DNA from: Octopus vulgaris
Taxonomy: Eukaryota
DNA length: 64,000 nt
NCBI GenBank assembly: GCA_951406725.2
Contig: OX597839.1
Coordinates: 40,548,001 to 40,612,000, forward strand
Direction: 5' to 3'
Shown here: positions 42,436 to 56,700 of the stretch, piece after piece
How positions within the stretch are numbered: the first letter of the stretch is position 1
Layout: every line of letters begins with the position of its first letter
Notes under the pieces: model-generated
What the model was told of the DNA's origin: nothing
The model's database searches: none
What the model saw: only the letters and a program-made list of their open reading frames with translations
Translations under genes and position numbers: made by a program

Positions 42436-42875
42436 AAATATATATATAATTATATATATATGTGTGTTTATACCTATATATGTATATAATATGTGTGTAT
42501 GTCTTTGTGTCATTGTTTGTCCTCTATATCGCTTGACAACCGGCGTTTGTGTTTTTACGCCCCCTTAACCAAGCGGTTTGGCAAAAAGAGAGGGCGAGAA
42601 TAAGAACCAGTCTCGAAAACAAAAAAATAGTGAGGGTAATTCATTCTACTAAAAATCCTTCCAGGGGTGGCCCAAATATGGCTGTAGAGACCAATGAGTG
42701 AAACAAGTAAAAGATAAAATACGCGTGTAGGGGAGTTTTTGTGTTCTCAGTGCGTGTGTGTCTGTGTATGCGTGTGTGTGCGCGTGCACATGCACTCTCA
42801 CGCTCTACCTCACTATCTTTCCGTCACTTTCTCTGTCTGTCTGTCTGTCTGTCTGTCTATGTCTGTCTCTCTCTT

Positions 42876-43225
42876 ACGTTCTGAGTTCAAATTCCGCGGA
42901 GGTCGACTTTGCCTTTCATCCTTTTGGGGTCGATAAATTAAGTACCAGTTACGCACTGGGGTCGATATAATCGACTTGATCCTTTTATCTGTCATTGTTT
43001 GTCCTCTCTGTGTTTAGCCCCTTGTGGGTAATAAAGAAATAGGTATTTCGTCTGCCGTTACGTTCTAAGTTCAAATTCCGCGGAGGTCGACTTTGCCTTT
43101 CATCCTTTCGGGGTCGATAAATTAAGTACCAGTTACACACTGGGGTCGATATAATCGACTTAATCCGTTTGTCTGTCCTTGTTTGTCCCCTCTGTGTTTA
43201 GCCTCTTGTGGGTAGTAAAGAAATA
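42876..43225 (+). mobile_element. SINE family A dimer
   Basis: Junction AAAGAAATAG|GTATTTCG at 43043. Confidence 0.88.
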
Positions 43226-43354
43226 TATGTCTGTCTCTCTCTCTCTTTCTCTGTCTCTCTCCATCTATCTATCAATCTATCTATCAATCTATCTATCTAT
43301 CTATCTATCGTACACTCACACATCATGCTTGTATTATAGCTTATCAATAAGCCA

Positions 43355-43801
43355 GCGAGCTGGCAGAATCGTCAGCACACCAGACGAAATGCTTAGCCGT
43401 ATTTCGTCTTCCCTTATTTTCTGAGTTCAAAACTCACCGAGGTCGACTTTACCTTTCATCCTTTCAGGGTCGTTAAATCAAATACCTCTGATACACTGGG
43501 GTCGATGTAATCGACTACTCCCCTCCCCACAAATTTCAGGCCTTGTGCCTATAGCAGAAAAGATTATAGCTTATCATTTCTATGTTATATATTTCTTTAC
43601 TGCCCACAAGGGGCTAAACATAGAGGGGACAAACAAGGACAGACATCGATCCCAGTGCTCAACTGGTACTTTATTTATCAACCCCGAAAGGATGAAAGGC
43701 AAAGTCGACCTCGGCGGGATTTGAACTCAGAACGTAATGGCAGACGAAATACGGATACGCACTTCGCCCGGCGTGCTAACGTTTCTGCCAGCTCACCGCC
43801 T
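43355..43801. mobile_element. Two convergent SINE family A copies (+ 43355-43565 with alternative tail; - 43595-43801)
   Basis: Family A head and central domain on both strands. Confidence 0.85.
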
Positions 43802-44211
43802 TCCACCAGTTGCGCATGGCTCGTGTGTATTTGTCTTCATGCTACGAAACTGTTGCACAAATCGACGCGTCATCTCGTCTGACACGGACAGCTTATCATA
43901 GTGCGTCGGGGTCCAAAGGCCTCGTTTTCCGTCACGATGTCGACAATGGCAGAGGCCATAATTTGAAGCTCAGAACGTAAACATTAAGAAGTCTTGCCAT
44001 AATACTTCTCGTCAGAAAACTCGTGTAAATTCTCCGGCCCACCACCCATGAATGGTAATGTGGTTATCGAATATGAAAAGATAAAAGGCAAGGCTGACCT
44101 CGGCAGGATTTGAACTCGGAACGCAGAGAGCTGGAACAAATAACGCAAAACATTTTATTCGACGCTCTGACGACTTTGACAATACGACGCCTTTTATCCC
44201 CAAAAACTCAA

Positions 44212-44244
<33 letters not shown>

Positions 44245-44568
44245 CATATACAGTCATATACATATATGTATATGTATATGTATGTGTGTGTGTGTAAACT
44301 CAATATGCAAATGTGTGTATTTAGACACACATTAATTTCTGCTTGACTACACGCGCGCAACTGTATAAGCCTGGATCCGTACATACATATGCATACATAT
44401 ATACATACATGCATGCATACATGCATATATACACGCATATATGTTCTTAAACAAACATGCATAAAACATATATAAAGAAACATAGAAATGTATATACATA
44501 CATAAGCACATACATTCGAACACATGGATATGAATATATACGTACATACACACATCCATAATTATATT

Positions 44569-44618
<50 letters not shown>

Positions 44619-44664
44619 ATCTATACATAAATACATATATACATATACACACGCACACACACAG

Positions 44665-44695
<31 letters not shown>

Positions 44696-45359
44696 TTTCG
44701 ACACATACACAACTGAATAATTTCGCCTCCTTTCTGAATAGATAAAAAGAAGAAAAAAAACAATGCACGAAAAAGACGAAGAAAGAAAGATAAAAAGAAA
44801 GAAAGCAAGAAAGAAAGAAAAAAAAGGAGCAAACAAACAAACAAGGAAATTAACGTAAAAATAGGATACAAACCCCAACAACAAACAAATGACAACAACA
44901 AAAATAAAATTTGATAAAATAAAATAAAATAAAGTGACTGTGAGCTTTGGTTGGGATGCGAAACCCCGACCCACACATTCATCATTATAACCTCAAAGTT
45001 ACCGAAACACCAATTTGCAGTGATTTGATTTCCAACAAGAATGTGCACTCCGTTGACCCCCGAAAATCTCATTAGTTTTGTCGATGGCAAATTGATTGCT
45101 AAATCGAAGCATACAGAGGAAAAAAATATAGAAATAAACATGATAATACTCTATAAACAATCCGACACACAGACACACACACATATAGACACAACATAAT
45201 CATACTATACAGATACATGTATATATTTGTGTGTGTGTTTGTGTATATGTATGTATATATATATATATTAATGTATATAATCATGCTCATAGTTCCACTG
45301 GCTTTACAACTGTCCTAAGAGTTATACGTTCTTGTCCATGTTGTATTTTTCTACATACC

Positions 45360-45427
<68 letters not shown>

Positions 45428-45752
45428 TATACATTTGTTCACACACACAGATATATATATATATATATAGATACATATGTATATTCTTATATATATATAT
45501 ATATATATAGGTATGTATGTATGTATATATATGTATATATATACATATATATATATATATACATATACATACATGTATATATATATATATATATACATAT
45601 ATATACATCAACACACGTTTGTATATCTGTGTACACATATGTATTTATATATCTATATATAGACATAGATGTAGATTTACATATATATATATCTTATGTC
45701 TATATACATATATACTCAGGTATACATATATATGTGTATCTATATCTATATC

Positions 45753-45790
<38 letters not shown>

Positions 45791-45797
45791 TACAGAC

Positions 45798-45842
<45 letters not shown>

Positions 45843-46305
45843 TGTGTGTGTGTGTGTGTACATATTTCTATACCTGAGTATGTGCGCGGATGAAGGACCA
45901 TATCTGTGTGCGTGTAAGGATGGAAGTGTGTAGAATGTTTGGGGTGGAGGTGCAATTGTGAGATGATTGAGTATATGATGCTCTGAGGGCAAACACACAC
46001 ACACACACTCACACAGATGTGTGTGTGTGTGTGTGATCGATTTTATATGTGTGTCCGTATGTAAGTGGGTGTATATGTGTTCGCGTGTTTACTAATAAAA
46101 ACAGTGTTGGCAACATTTTAATCTGAAATTAAGGATAATAGAACAAGAACATATAAAAATTCAATATATACACACATTTCCATACTCACACATATATTCA
46201 CACACACACACACGCACACACGCCTATACGTATTCATACATACACATTTATATGTGTACATATGTGTGTGTATGAGTGTGTGTGCGTGAGTACGTCAGCT
46301 TATAC

Positions 46306-46369
<64 letters not shown>

Positions 46370-46400
46370 ATGAACATACATTATACATATATATATAAAC

Positions 46401-46445
<45 letters not shown>

Positions 46446-46463
46446 AACATACATTATACATAC

Positions 46464-46524
<61 letters not shown>

Positions 46525-47210
46525 CATACATACATACATACAGAAATTAGTTAACTATATACTGAACGATCTATGTAAACACATTCGTCGAGGCTATCGC
46601 TCGCGACAATTAATTTGCAACGGATATATAACTTTAAAAATTTACGAATTAATTTTGAAAAATAATTCTTGTCAATAAAGAGAAACCTGGTGTCTGTTAG
46701 TGAGAGCAGCGAGAGCAACAGTCTGTTTCGACGTTACAGTGTATCGTCAGTGCTGCTTAGTCGGCACGAACATACGTAATCATAACTTAGGCTACGAAAT
46801 ATTTGCAACAAGAAGGCGGATAAAGGGTTCATTAACGCAACCAGTGTATCGTGTGATATTTGGTGATCTGATTAAGGGCTTTATTTACTTTATTAGCGAT
46901 CCGATGATCAGATCAAATAGGTTAGTGGCATTTTATTCTGCCGTCCCTAGGATGAGTGAAAATTTAAATTGCAGCATGGCTTCATGAGCTCATAACTATA
47001 AAGTGATGTCTAACGGAAAGTATTCCAAGCGTTATTGGTTTCGCCGCAAACCTAGTCTGACTGTCAGTCTGCCTTAAATAAGAGTTGCGTCTATCTTGTC
47101 AGAAGTAAAAATAAATGCAATAGTCCCTCGACTATCGCGGGTGGTAGGTTCCCCAACCCCACGCGCGATAAGTATAAATCCGCGAAGTAGAAACAGAAAT
47201 ATATTGTATA

Positions 47211-47955
47211 AGGCAGTGAGCTGGCAGAAACGTTAGCACGCCGGGCGAAATACTTAGCGGTATTTCGTCTGCCGTTATGTTCTGAGTTCAAATTCCGCCG
47301 AGGTCGACTTTGCCTTTCATCCTTTCGGGATCGATTAAATAAGTACCAGTTACGTACTGCGGTCGATATAATCGACTTAATCCGTTTGTCTGTCCTTGTT
47401 TGTCCTCTCTATGTTTAGCTCCTTGTGGGTAGTAAAGAAATAGGTATTTCGTCTGCCGTTATGTTCTGAGTTCAAATTCCGCCGAGGTCGACTTTGCCTT
47501 TCATCCTTTCGGGATCGATTAAATAAGTACCAGTTACGTACTGCGGTCGATATAATCGACTTAATCCGTTTGTCTGTCCTTAATTTATCGGATTAATAAC
47601 GGATTAAGTCGATTATATCGACCGCAGTACGTAACTGGTACTTATTTAATCGACCCCGAAAGGATGAAAGGCAAAGTCGACCTCGGCGGAATTTGAACTC
47701 AGAACATAACGGCAGACGAAATACCTATTTCTTTACTACCCACAAGGAGCTAAACATAGAGATGACAAACAAGGACAGACAAACGGATTAAGTCGATTAT
47801 ATCGACCGCAGTACGTAACTACTACCTTGTGTGTAGTAAAGAAATAGGTAATACGTCTGCCGTTACGTTCTGAGTTCAAATTCCGCCGAGGTCAACTTTG
47901 CCTTTCATCCTTTCGGGGTCGATTAAATAAGAACCAGTTACGCACTGGGGTCAAT
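47211..47955. mobile_element. SINE family A multimer with an internal inverted segment
   Basis: + 47211-47580, - 47598-47820, + 47826-47955. Confidence 0.9.
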
Positions 47956-48243
47956 GACAACACTGATAGAGACCATAATTTGAACTCAGAACGCAAACAT
48001 CAAAAGGTCTTGCCACAAGGGTTCTCGTCCGACATTCGAGCAAATTCTCCAGCTCACCACCCATAAATGGTAATGTAATTATCGACTCTAAAAGGATAAA
48101 ATGCAAAGTTGACCACGGCGTGATTTGAACTCAGAACGCAGAGAGCTGGAACAATTAACGTAAAGCATTTTATTTGACGCTCTGACGGGTTTGAAGATTC
48201 GACGTCTTTTCGCTTAGTTTTGCAAATGTTCATATTATGTATA

Positions 48244-48623
48244 TGGAGGCGCAATGGCCCAGTGGTTAGGGCAGCGGACTCGCGGTCATAGGATCGCGGA
48301 TTCCCAGACCGGGCGTTGTGAGTGTTTATTGAGCGAAAACACCTAAAGCTCCACGAGGCTCCGGCAGGGGATGATGGTGATCCCTGCTGTACTCTTTCAC
48401 CACAACTTTCTCTCACTCTTACTTCCTGTTTCTGTTGTACCTGTATTTCAAAGGGCCGGCCTTGTCACTCTCTGTGTCACGCTGAATATCCCCGAGAACT
48501 ACGTTAAGGGTACACGTGTCTGTGGAGTGCTCAGCCCTCTTACACGTTAATTTCACGAGCAGGCTGTTCCGTTGATTCGGATCAACCGGAACCCTCGTCG
48601 TCGTAACCGACGGAGTGCTTCCA
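48244..48623 (+). mobile_element. SINE family B
   Basis: Full length; TSD approximately ATTATGTATATG. Confidence 0.9.
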
Positions 48624-48816
48624 TTATGTATATGTGTGTTTGTGTCTGTCTGTGCGTGCGTGCGAGCATTTGTGTGTGTGTGCGTGCATGTGTGTGTGTT
48701 TATAGGAAATGTTAAGATGATTCATGTCATGTAGGTTAATTTATATCAACAAATTTAAGAAAATGCTTTGATATATTTCGCCAAACATGTTCTTTTTGTT
48801 TTCGTAATAAACATAT

Positions 48817-49203
48817 TATGTATGTATGTATGTATGTATGTATGTATATATGTATGTATGTATGATGTATGTATGTATGTATGGGTGTGTGTGTGTATGT
48901 ATGTATGTATGTATGTATGTATGTATGCATTTATGTATGTATGTATGTATGTATGTATGCATTTATGTATGTATTTATGTATGTATGTATGTATGTATGT
49001 ATGTATATAAGTATGTATGTATATATGTATGTATGTATGATGTATGTATGTATGTATGGGTGTGTGTGTGTATGTATGTATGTATGTATGCATGCATGTA
49101 TGTATGTATGTATGCATGTATGTATGTATGTATGTATGTATGTATGTATGTATGTATGTATGTATTTATGTATGTATGTATTTATGTATGTATGTATATA
49201 TGT
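48817..49203. repeat. (TATG)n microsatellite
   Basis: Visible directly. Confidence 0.95.
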
Positions 49204-49873
49204 AATGATTGAAACTATCGGCTGTTTGAATGTGCACTTAACCATCATAAAATTTCTATTAATTTATCTTGTGCTCGATTTGTTAACCTTTGTATTTTTC
49301 ACCTGTAGCTCCTAACTTAAGGCGCGCCTTTCTTCCTTTAGATAAATAACGCAATCTGCTCATACCCAAAGGAGTCTATTGATAATGGTGACGGGGAAGG
49401 CTTTGTTAGGAAATTACTGTTTGCTTATGCATTGAAGGTAGTAATAATAATAAGCGTTTTAAGTTAATCGCCGAAAAGTGACGGATGATGGTATATAAGG
49501 AAAACAAGTTACGGAACACTGTAGGGGTGGGGTTGGTTTTATATTGAAAGGAATTTCATATGGAAATAGAATGACATACATTTTGTATCAAATAAGGTCC
49601 CAAGAGGAGGACGTATAGTGATCAAAAATGCAGTATATTTTACGGCATCGTAAATGGAAATCCTCTCAGAAATTATCACGAGAAAGACAGATACGTATTT
49701 CGCTGTGATTGCAGCTTATCAGTGTAGCGTACTCATGTCATTTCCGAAAGAATATCAAATCTGTTAGCCTGAAATATATGCAGGTATTTTACGCGGATGA
49801 AAAAGCGCAGCATCTGATGTACAAACAACACACGTTAAGTATATCGTATCGATAATTTTGTTATTATTAATTA

Positions 49874-50165
49874 CTAGCAGTATCGCCCGGCGTTGCTCGG
49901 TTTTGTAAGGGAAATATCTATATAAGCATTTTTAGAGAGTTATAGACAAAAAATAGCAAAAAAATGCATTAAAATGGAAAAAATGATGGTAATTTTTTTT
50001 TTAATCGTAGACTCATCGTAGACGCGCGCTAATACCCAGAAGGGCTCGATATGAATCACGACTATAAGATACCCGGTTTTGGTTAAACTGCACCGCAAAA
50101 TGTGGGAGTAGTTAGGAATCTAAATCGTAGGAGACAGACACACAACTTCTCTTTTTATATAAAGA
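49874..50165 (-). mobile_element. Non-autonomous Helitron, 292 bp
   Basis: Minus strand reads A|TCTTTATATAAAAAG ... CCGAGCAACGCCGGG hairpin-like motif, short spacer, CTAG|T; no TSD. Confidence 0.85.
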
Positions 50166-50174
50166 TATAAATAA

Positions 50175-50625
50175 GGCAGCGAGCTGGAAAAACTCGGATG
50201 TAAAGGCGGACAAAATGGTCTACAGCATTTAGTCCTTCTTTACATTCTGAATTGAAATTTCACCGAGGTAACTTTTACCCATCTTCCTTACCAGGTCCAT
50301 GAAATAAATATCAGTTTTAGCACTGGGGTCGATGCAATTGACTAGCCCCCTCACCTCACCACACATAAATGTCTGGCCTTGTGCCAAAATTTAAAACTAT
50401 GTAAATGAGGGAGTCGACTGGCAAAATAGTTACTACACCGATAAACTGCTCAGCAGCATTTCGTCCGTCTTTACGCCCTCGCTTCTAATTACGCTGTTAC
50501 CAACTTTGTCTATATTCCCTCCGGGGTCGAGGAAATAGGTATCAGTTAGGTCCTGGGGCCACTGGGATCAACTAGCCACCCCACCTCTTCCCAAAATTTC
50601 AGGCTTTGTGCCTTTACTAGAAACC
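50175..50625 (+). mobile_element. Two old tandem SINE family A copies (alternative tail)
   Basis: Degenerate head, CACTGGGGTCGATG and GGCCTTGTGCC tail motifs. Confidence 0.7.
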
Positions 50626-50714
50626 ATGACTAGCTATGTCAATATTTCCTGCGTAATATTACACAAAATATTATTTCTAGTATTTCTTATTATAACAAAT
50701 CTTGTTACTAATAT

Positions 50715-50922
50715 ACTCTTTTACTCTTTTACTTGTTTCAGTCATTTGACTGCGGCCATGCTGGAGCACCGCCATTAGTCGAGCAAATCGACCCCGGGAC
50801 TTATTCTTTGTAAGCCCAGTACTTATTCTATCGGTCTCTTTTTGACGGGACGTAAACACACCAACATCGGTTGTCAAGCAATGCTAGGGGGACAAACACA
50901 GACACACAAACATACACACACA

Positions 50923-50964
<42 letters not shown>

Positions 50965-51129
50965 TACGATAGGCTTCTTTCAGTTTCCGTCTACCAAATC
51001 CACTCACAAGGCATTGGTCGGCCCGGGGCTATAGCAGAAGGCACTTGCCCAAGATGCCACGCAGTGGGACTGAACCCGTAACCATGTGGTTGGTTAGCAA
51101 GCTACTTACCACACAGCCACTCCTACGCC
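50715..51129 (-). mobile_element. SINE family C flanked by a 61-bp direct duplication
   Basis: 50654-50714 is repeated at 51130-51191. Confidence 0.9.
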
Positions 51130-51672
51130 TAATATTACACAAAAATATTATTTCTAGTATTTCTTATTATAACAAATCTTGTTACTAATATGGTGATGAT
51201 TTACATCATCATCATCATCATCATCATCATAATTATTGCCATCACCTCGACCACCCCCGCCATCAATCACCTTTACCAGCGCCTCATTCGTTAATTTCAC
51301 TCGTTTGTAGATAATGAGAGTTTTTACAACGCACCGAAGCCATCGTCGCCACCCCCACCAACAACAACAACGCCACCTGTCATTGTTGTTGTTGTTGTTG
51401 TTGTTAGCACAATTCCCATCATTGTCATCGTCGTCGTGGTCGTCGTCATCATCATCATCATGGTGGCGATAATAAATTGAGGGATTATTATTATGATTGT
51501 GAGGTGGTGCAGGAGAGGAGAAGGATGAGGAGGAGCATTATGATAATTCCTTGCATCTATAGAAAACCAACAAATATATATTATTATATACCCGACGCCT
51601 AAATTCCACTTCACTACACAATGGCATCCGCCTTAAATAGGTGTGTATAAATACTTGTCTCTATATCAATGC

Positions 51673-51709
<37 letters not shown>

Positions 51710-51759
51710 GCATGTATATATATATATACATATATATACATACATACACACATATGTAT

Positions 51760-51793
<34 letters not shown>

Positions 51794-51812
51794 ATATACA
51801 CACACACACACG

Positions 51813-51862
<50 letters not shown>

Positions 51863-51946
51863 TATATATATACAAATATATATACACATACACACACACA
51901 TATATATGTATAAACGTATATATATATACATATGAATAGATTTATG

Positions 51947-51987
<41 letters not shown>

Positions 51988-52320
51988 ATGTGCGTGTGTG
52001 TCTGTGTGATATCTTAAATACTGGGTGTGAAGGGGGTCTGTATATTTTTCTTAAGAGCGTTTACGTAAATAAACACAGAAATTCATACATTTTATCTGAA
52101 TATATTTACAGGACTATATATGCATATATATATATACGTGAGAAAGAATGTATGCGTATGTGTATATGTATTCATGTATGTATGAATGAATACATAGCTA
52201 TATATTCGTACAAGTGACAGTATTTGTATGTAAAGATTTGGGAAACTTTAAACAGAGAGTTATAGAATACAAAAGTTATAATACATACACATACACCCAC
52301 CCACTAACACACACAAACAT

Positions 52321-52354
<34 letters not shown>

Positions 52355-52553
52355 GCATACATATACACATTTATAATTATATTTATATATATATATATAT
52401 ATATAAAGATAGATAGACAGACAAACAGATAAATAGATCGATAGATAGGTAGACAAACAGATAGATACATACATACATACTTACATACATACACCAACAG
52501 ACAGATAGATACACAGATAGACAGACAGACAAAGGGATAGACAGACAGATAGA

Positions 52554-52721
<168 letters not shown>

Positions 52722-53097
52722 GAAATAATATTGAGCAGAAAAGAGTTATGGTATTTAAAGATTTGTAAAACATACACGCGTTTCAATAAAATGTCGAGAT
52801 AATTATATAACAATTAAAGAAGATTTATGCAGCCATGCACCTTAACTCATCAGTCCTGTAATAAATATACCTATTTAATGCGGAACACTAATAAGCTGGA
52901 ATACATAATGTTTCAACAGCAATTATGTAATTGTTTCGGCAGCTTGTTGAAACAGGTGTATGTCCTACAAAACACCATATCTGTTTGCTTGTTTGTTGAT
53001 GTCCGGTTTGTTCAAGATTGGATACTGGAGTGGAGTGAAGAACACACCACTGAGGCAGATATTTCGTTACGGGTCACATTTTACGTACACACATATG

Positions 53098-53483
53098 TGG
53101 AAGCACTCCGTCGGTTACGACGATGAGGGTTCCGGTTGATCCGATCAACGGAACAGCCTGCTCCTGAAATTAACGTGTAAGTGGCTGAGCACTCCACAGA
53201 CACGTGCACCCATAACGTAGTTCTCGGGGATATTCAGCGTGACACAGAGAGTGACAAGGCCGGCCCTTTGAAATACAAGGTACAACAGAAACAGGAAGTA
53301 AGAGTGAGAGAAAGTTGTGGTGAAAGAGTACAGCAGGGATCACCACCATCCCCTGCCGGAGCCTCGTGCAGCTTTTAGGTGTTTTCGCTCAATAAACACT
53401 CACAACGCCCGGTCTGGGAATCGAAACCGCGATCCTACGACCGCGAGTCCGCTGCCCTAACCACTGGGCCATTGCTCCTCCAC
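53098..53483 (-). mobile_element. SINE family B
   Basis: Full length; TSD GTACACACATAT. Confidence 0.9.
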
Positions 53484-53794
53484 TGTACACACATATATAC
53501 ATCGTATGTATATGTATTTATGCCTGTTCGTTACGATCCCTAGAATAAGTTCGGTGGTGAGTGTATGACTGCATGTCTGTGTGTCCGTGTTTGCATGTAA
53601 ATGTATATGCACATGCAGACATACATACGCACGTATATATATCTACTTATATCTATAAACAATTATATAGATACACACACACACACACACACACATATGA
53701 GTGTGTTTGTTGTGTGTTTGTTTTTTGTGATTGCACGTACTTACATATCGTTATATTTCTAAAGAGTTTTTCAAATTCCAAAGCGGATAATGTG

Positions 53795-56700
53795 TCATCA
53801 CCACATTGTCCGCCCGTGGTCGAGACAATGGAATTTACCATGCTACACCAGACTTCACGGTCCATCGTGGCATTACGGAGGTCCTGTTGCTGGATGCCTG
53901 TATCCCTGGAGATTACATCAGGGTAGGAGAGTGTGCGCCCTCTGGTATTGCGAGTAGATGGCTTCTAGTGGAGACGAGTAGATTTTACCTCTTTTTCAGC
54001 TCTACAACAATGTCCAGCAAACTGGACTCTCTTACCTTTCACAAGAGATGACACAGGTGCTAGTTTCCCATATATTTGCATTTTGGTTGGATGGCGCTTC
54101 CAGGAGAGATTTTGAGCTCTCATAAGGAGGTGAGTGTAGGTTCCTGTTGCTGGATGCCAGTATCCCTGGAGATTACATCAGGGTAGGAGAGTGTGCGCCC
54201 TCTGGTATTGCGAGTAGATGGCTTCCAGAGGAGAAGAGTAGAAATTACTTCTTTTTCAGCTCTGCAACAATGTCCAGCAAACTGGACTCTCCTACCTTTC
54301 ACAAGAGATGAAACAGGTGGTAGTTTCCGATATATTTGCATTTTGGTTGGATGACGCTTCCACGAGAGATTTTGAGCTCTCATAAGGAGGCGAGTGTAGG
54401 TTCCTGTTGCTGGATGCCAGTATCCCTGGAGATTACATCAGGGTAGGAGAGTGTGCGCCCTCTGGTATTGCGAGTAGATGGCTTCCAGAGGAGAAGAGTA
54501 GAAATTACCTCTTTTTCAGCTCTACAACAATGTCCAGCAAACTGGACTCTCCTACCTTTCACAAGAGATGAAACAGGTGGTAGTTTCCGATATATTTGCA
54601 TTTTGGTTGGATGACGCTTCCACGAGAGATTTTGAGCTCTCATAAGGAGGCGAGTGTAGGTTCCTGTTGCTGGATGCCTGTATCCCTGGAGATTACATCA
54701 GGGTAGGAGAGTGTGCGCCCTCTGGTATTGCGAGTAGATGGCTTCCAGTGGAGACGAGTAGATTTTACCTCTTTTTCAGCTCTACAACAATGTCCAGCAA
54801 ACTGGACTCTCCTACCTTTCACAAGAGATGACACAGGTGGTAGTTTCCCATATATTTGCATTTTGGTTGGATGGCGCTTCCACGAGAGATTTTGAGCTCT
54901 CATAAGGAGGTGAGTGTAGGTTCCTGTTGCTGGATGCCTGTATCCCTGGAGATTACATCAGGGTAGGAGAGTGTGCGCCCTCTGGTATTGCGAGTAGATG
55001 GCTTCCAGTGGAGACGAGTAGATTTTACCTCTTTTTCAGCTCTACAACAATGTCCAGCAAACTGGACTCTCCTACCTTTCACAAGAGATGACACAGGTGC
55101 TAGTTTCCCATATATTTGCATTTTGGTTGGATGGCGCTTCCAGGAGAGATTTTGAGCTCTCATAAGGAGGTGAGTGTAGGTTCCTGTTGCTGGATGCCAG
55201 TATCCCTGGAGATTACATCAGGGTAGGAGAGTGTGCGCCCTCTGGTATTGCGAGTAGATGGCTTCCAGAGGAGAAGAGTAGAAATTACTTCTTTTTCAGC
55301 TCTGCAACAATGTACAGCAAACTGGACTCTCCTACCTTTCACAAGAGATGAAACAGGTGGTAGTTTCCGATATATTTGCATTTTGGTTGGATGACGCTTC
55401 CACGAGAGATTTTGAGCTCTCATAAGGAGGCGAGTATAGGTTCCTGTTGCTGGATGCCTGTATCCCTGGAGATTACATCAGGGTAGGAGAGTGTGCGCCC
55501 TCTGGTATTGCGAGTAGATGGCTTCCAGTGGAGACGAGTAGATTTTATCTCTTTTTCAGCTCTACAACAATGTCCAGCAAACTGGACTCTCCTACCTTTC
55601 ACAAGAGATGACACAGGTGGTAGTTTCCCATATATTTGCATTTTGGTTGGATGGCGCTTCCACGAGAGATTTTGAGCTCTCATAAGGAGGTGAGTGTAGG
55701 TTCCTGTTGCTGGATGCCTGTATCCCTGGAGATTACATCAGGGTAGGAGAGTGTGCGCCCTCTGGTATTGCGAGTAGATGGCTTCCAGTGGAGACGAGTA
55801 GATTTTACCTCTTTTTCAGCTCTACAACAATGTCCAGCAAACTGGACTCTCCTACCTTTCACAAGAGATGACACAGGTGGTAGTTTCCCATATATTTGCA
55901 TTTTGGTTGGATGTCGCTTCCAGGAGAGATTTTGAGCTCTCATAAGGAGGCGAGTGTAGGTTCCTGTTGCTGGATGCCTGTATCCCTGGAGATTACATCA
56001 GGGTAGGAGAGTGTGCGCCCTCTGGTATTGCGAGTAGATGGCTTCCAGAGGAGAAGAGTAGAAATTACCTCTTTTTCAGCTCTACAACAATGTCCAGCAA
56101 ACTGGACTCTCCTACCTTTCACAAGAGATGAAACAGGTGGTAGTTTCCGATATATTTGCATTTTGGTTGGATGACGCTTCCACGAGAGATTTTGAGCTCT
56201 CATAAGGAGGCGAGTGTAGGTTCCTGTTGCTGGATGCCTGTATCCCTGGAGATTACATCAGGGTAGGAGAGTGTGCGCCCTCTGGTATTGCGAGTAGATG
56301 GCTTCCAGTGGAGACGAGTAGATTTTACCTCTTTTTCAGCTCTACAACAATGTCCAGCAAACTGGACTCTCCTACCTTTCACAAGAGATGACACAGGTGG
56401 TAGTTTCCCATATATTTGCATTTTGGTTGGATGGCGCTTCCACGAGAGATTTTGAGCTCTCATAAGGAGGTGAGTGTAGGTTCCTGTTGCTGGATGCCTG
56501 TATCCCTGGAGATTACATCAGGGTAGGAGAGTGTGCGCCCTCTGGTATTGCGAGTAGATGGCTTCCAGTGGAGACGAGTAGATTTTACCTCTTTTTCAGC
56601 TCTACAACAATGTCCAGCAAACTGGACTCTCCTACCTTTCACAAGAGATGACACAGGTGGTAGTTTCCCATATATTTGCATTTTGGTTGGATGTCGCTTC

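Noticed and set aside
49342-49437. Possible 96-nt phase-0 exon (INNAICSYPKESIDNGDGEGFVRKLLFAYALK)
   Set aside because: The acceptor is plausible but the donor GTAGTA is weak and the peptide is unrecognised; compatible with chance.
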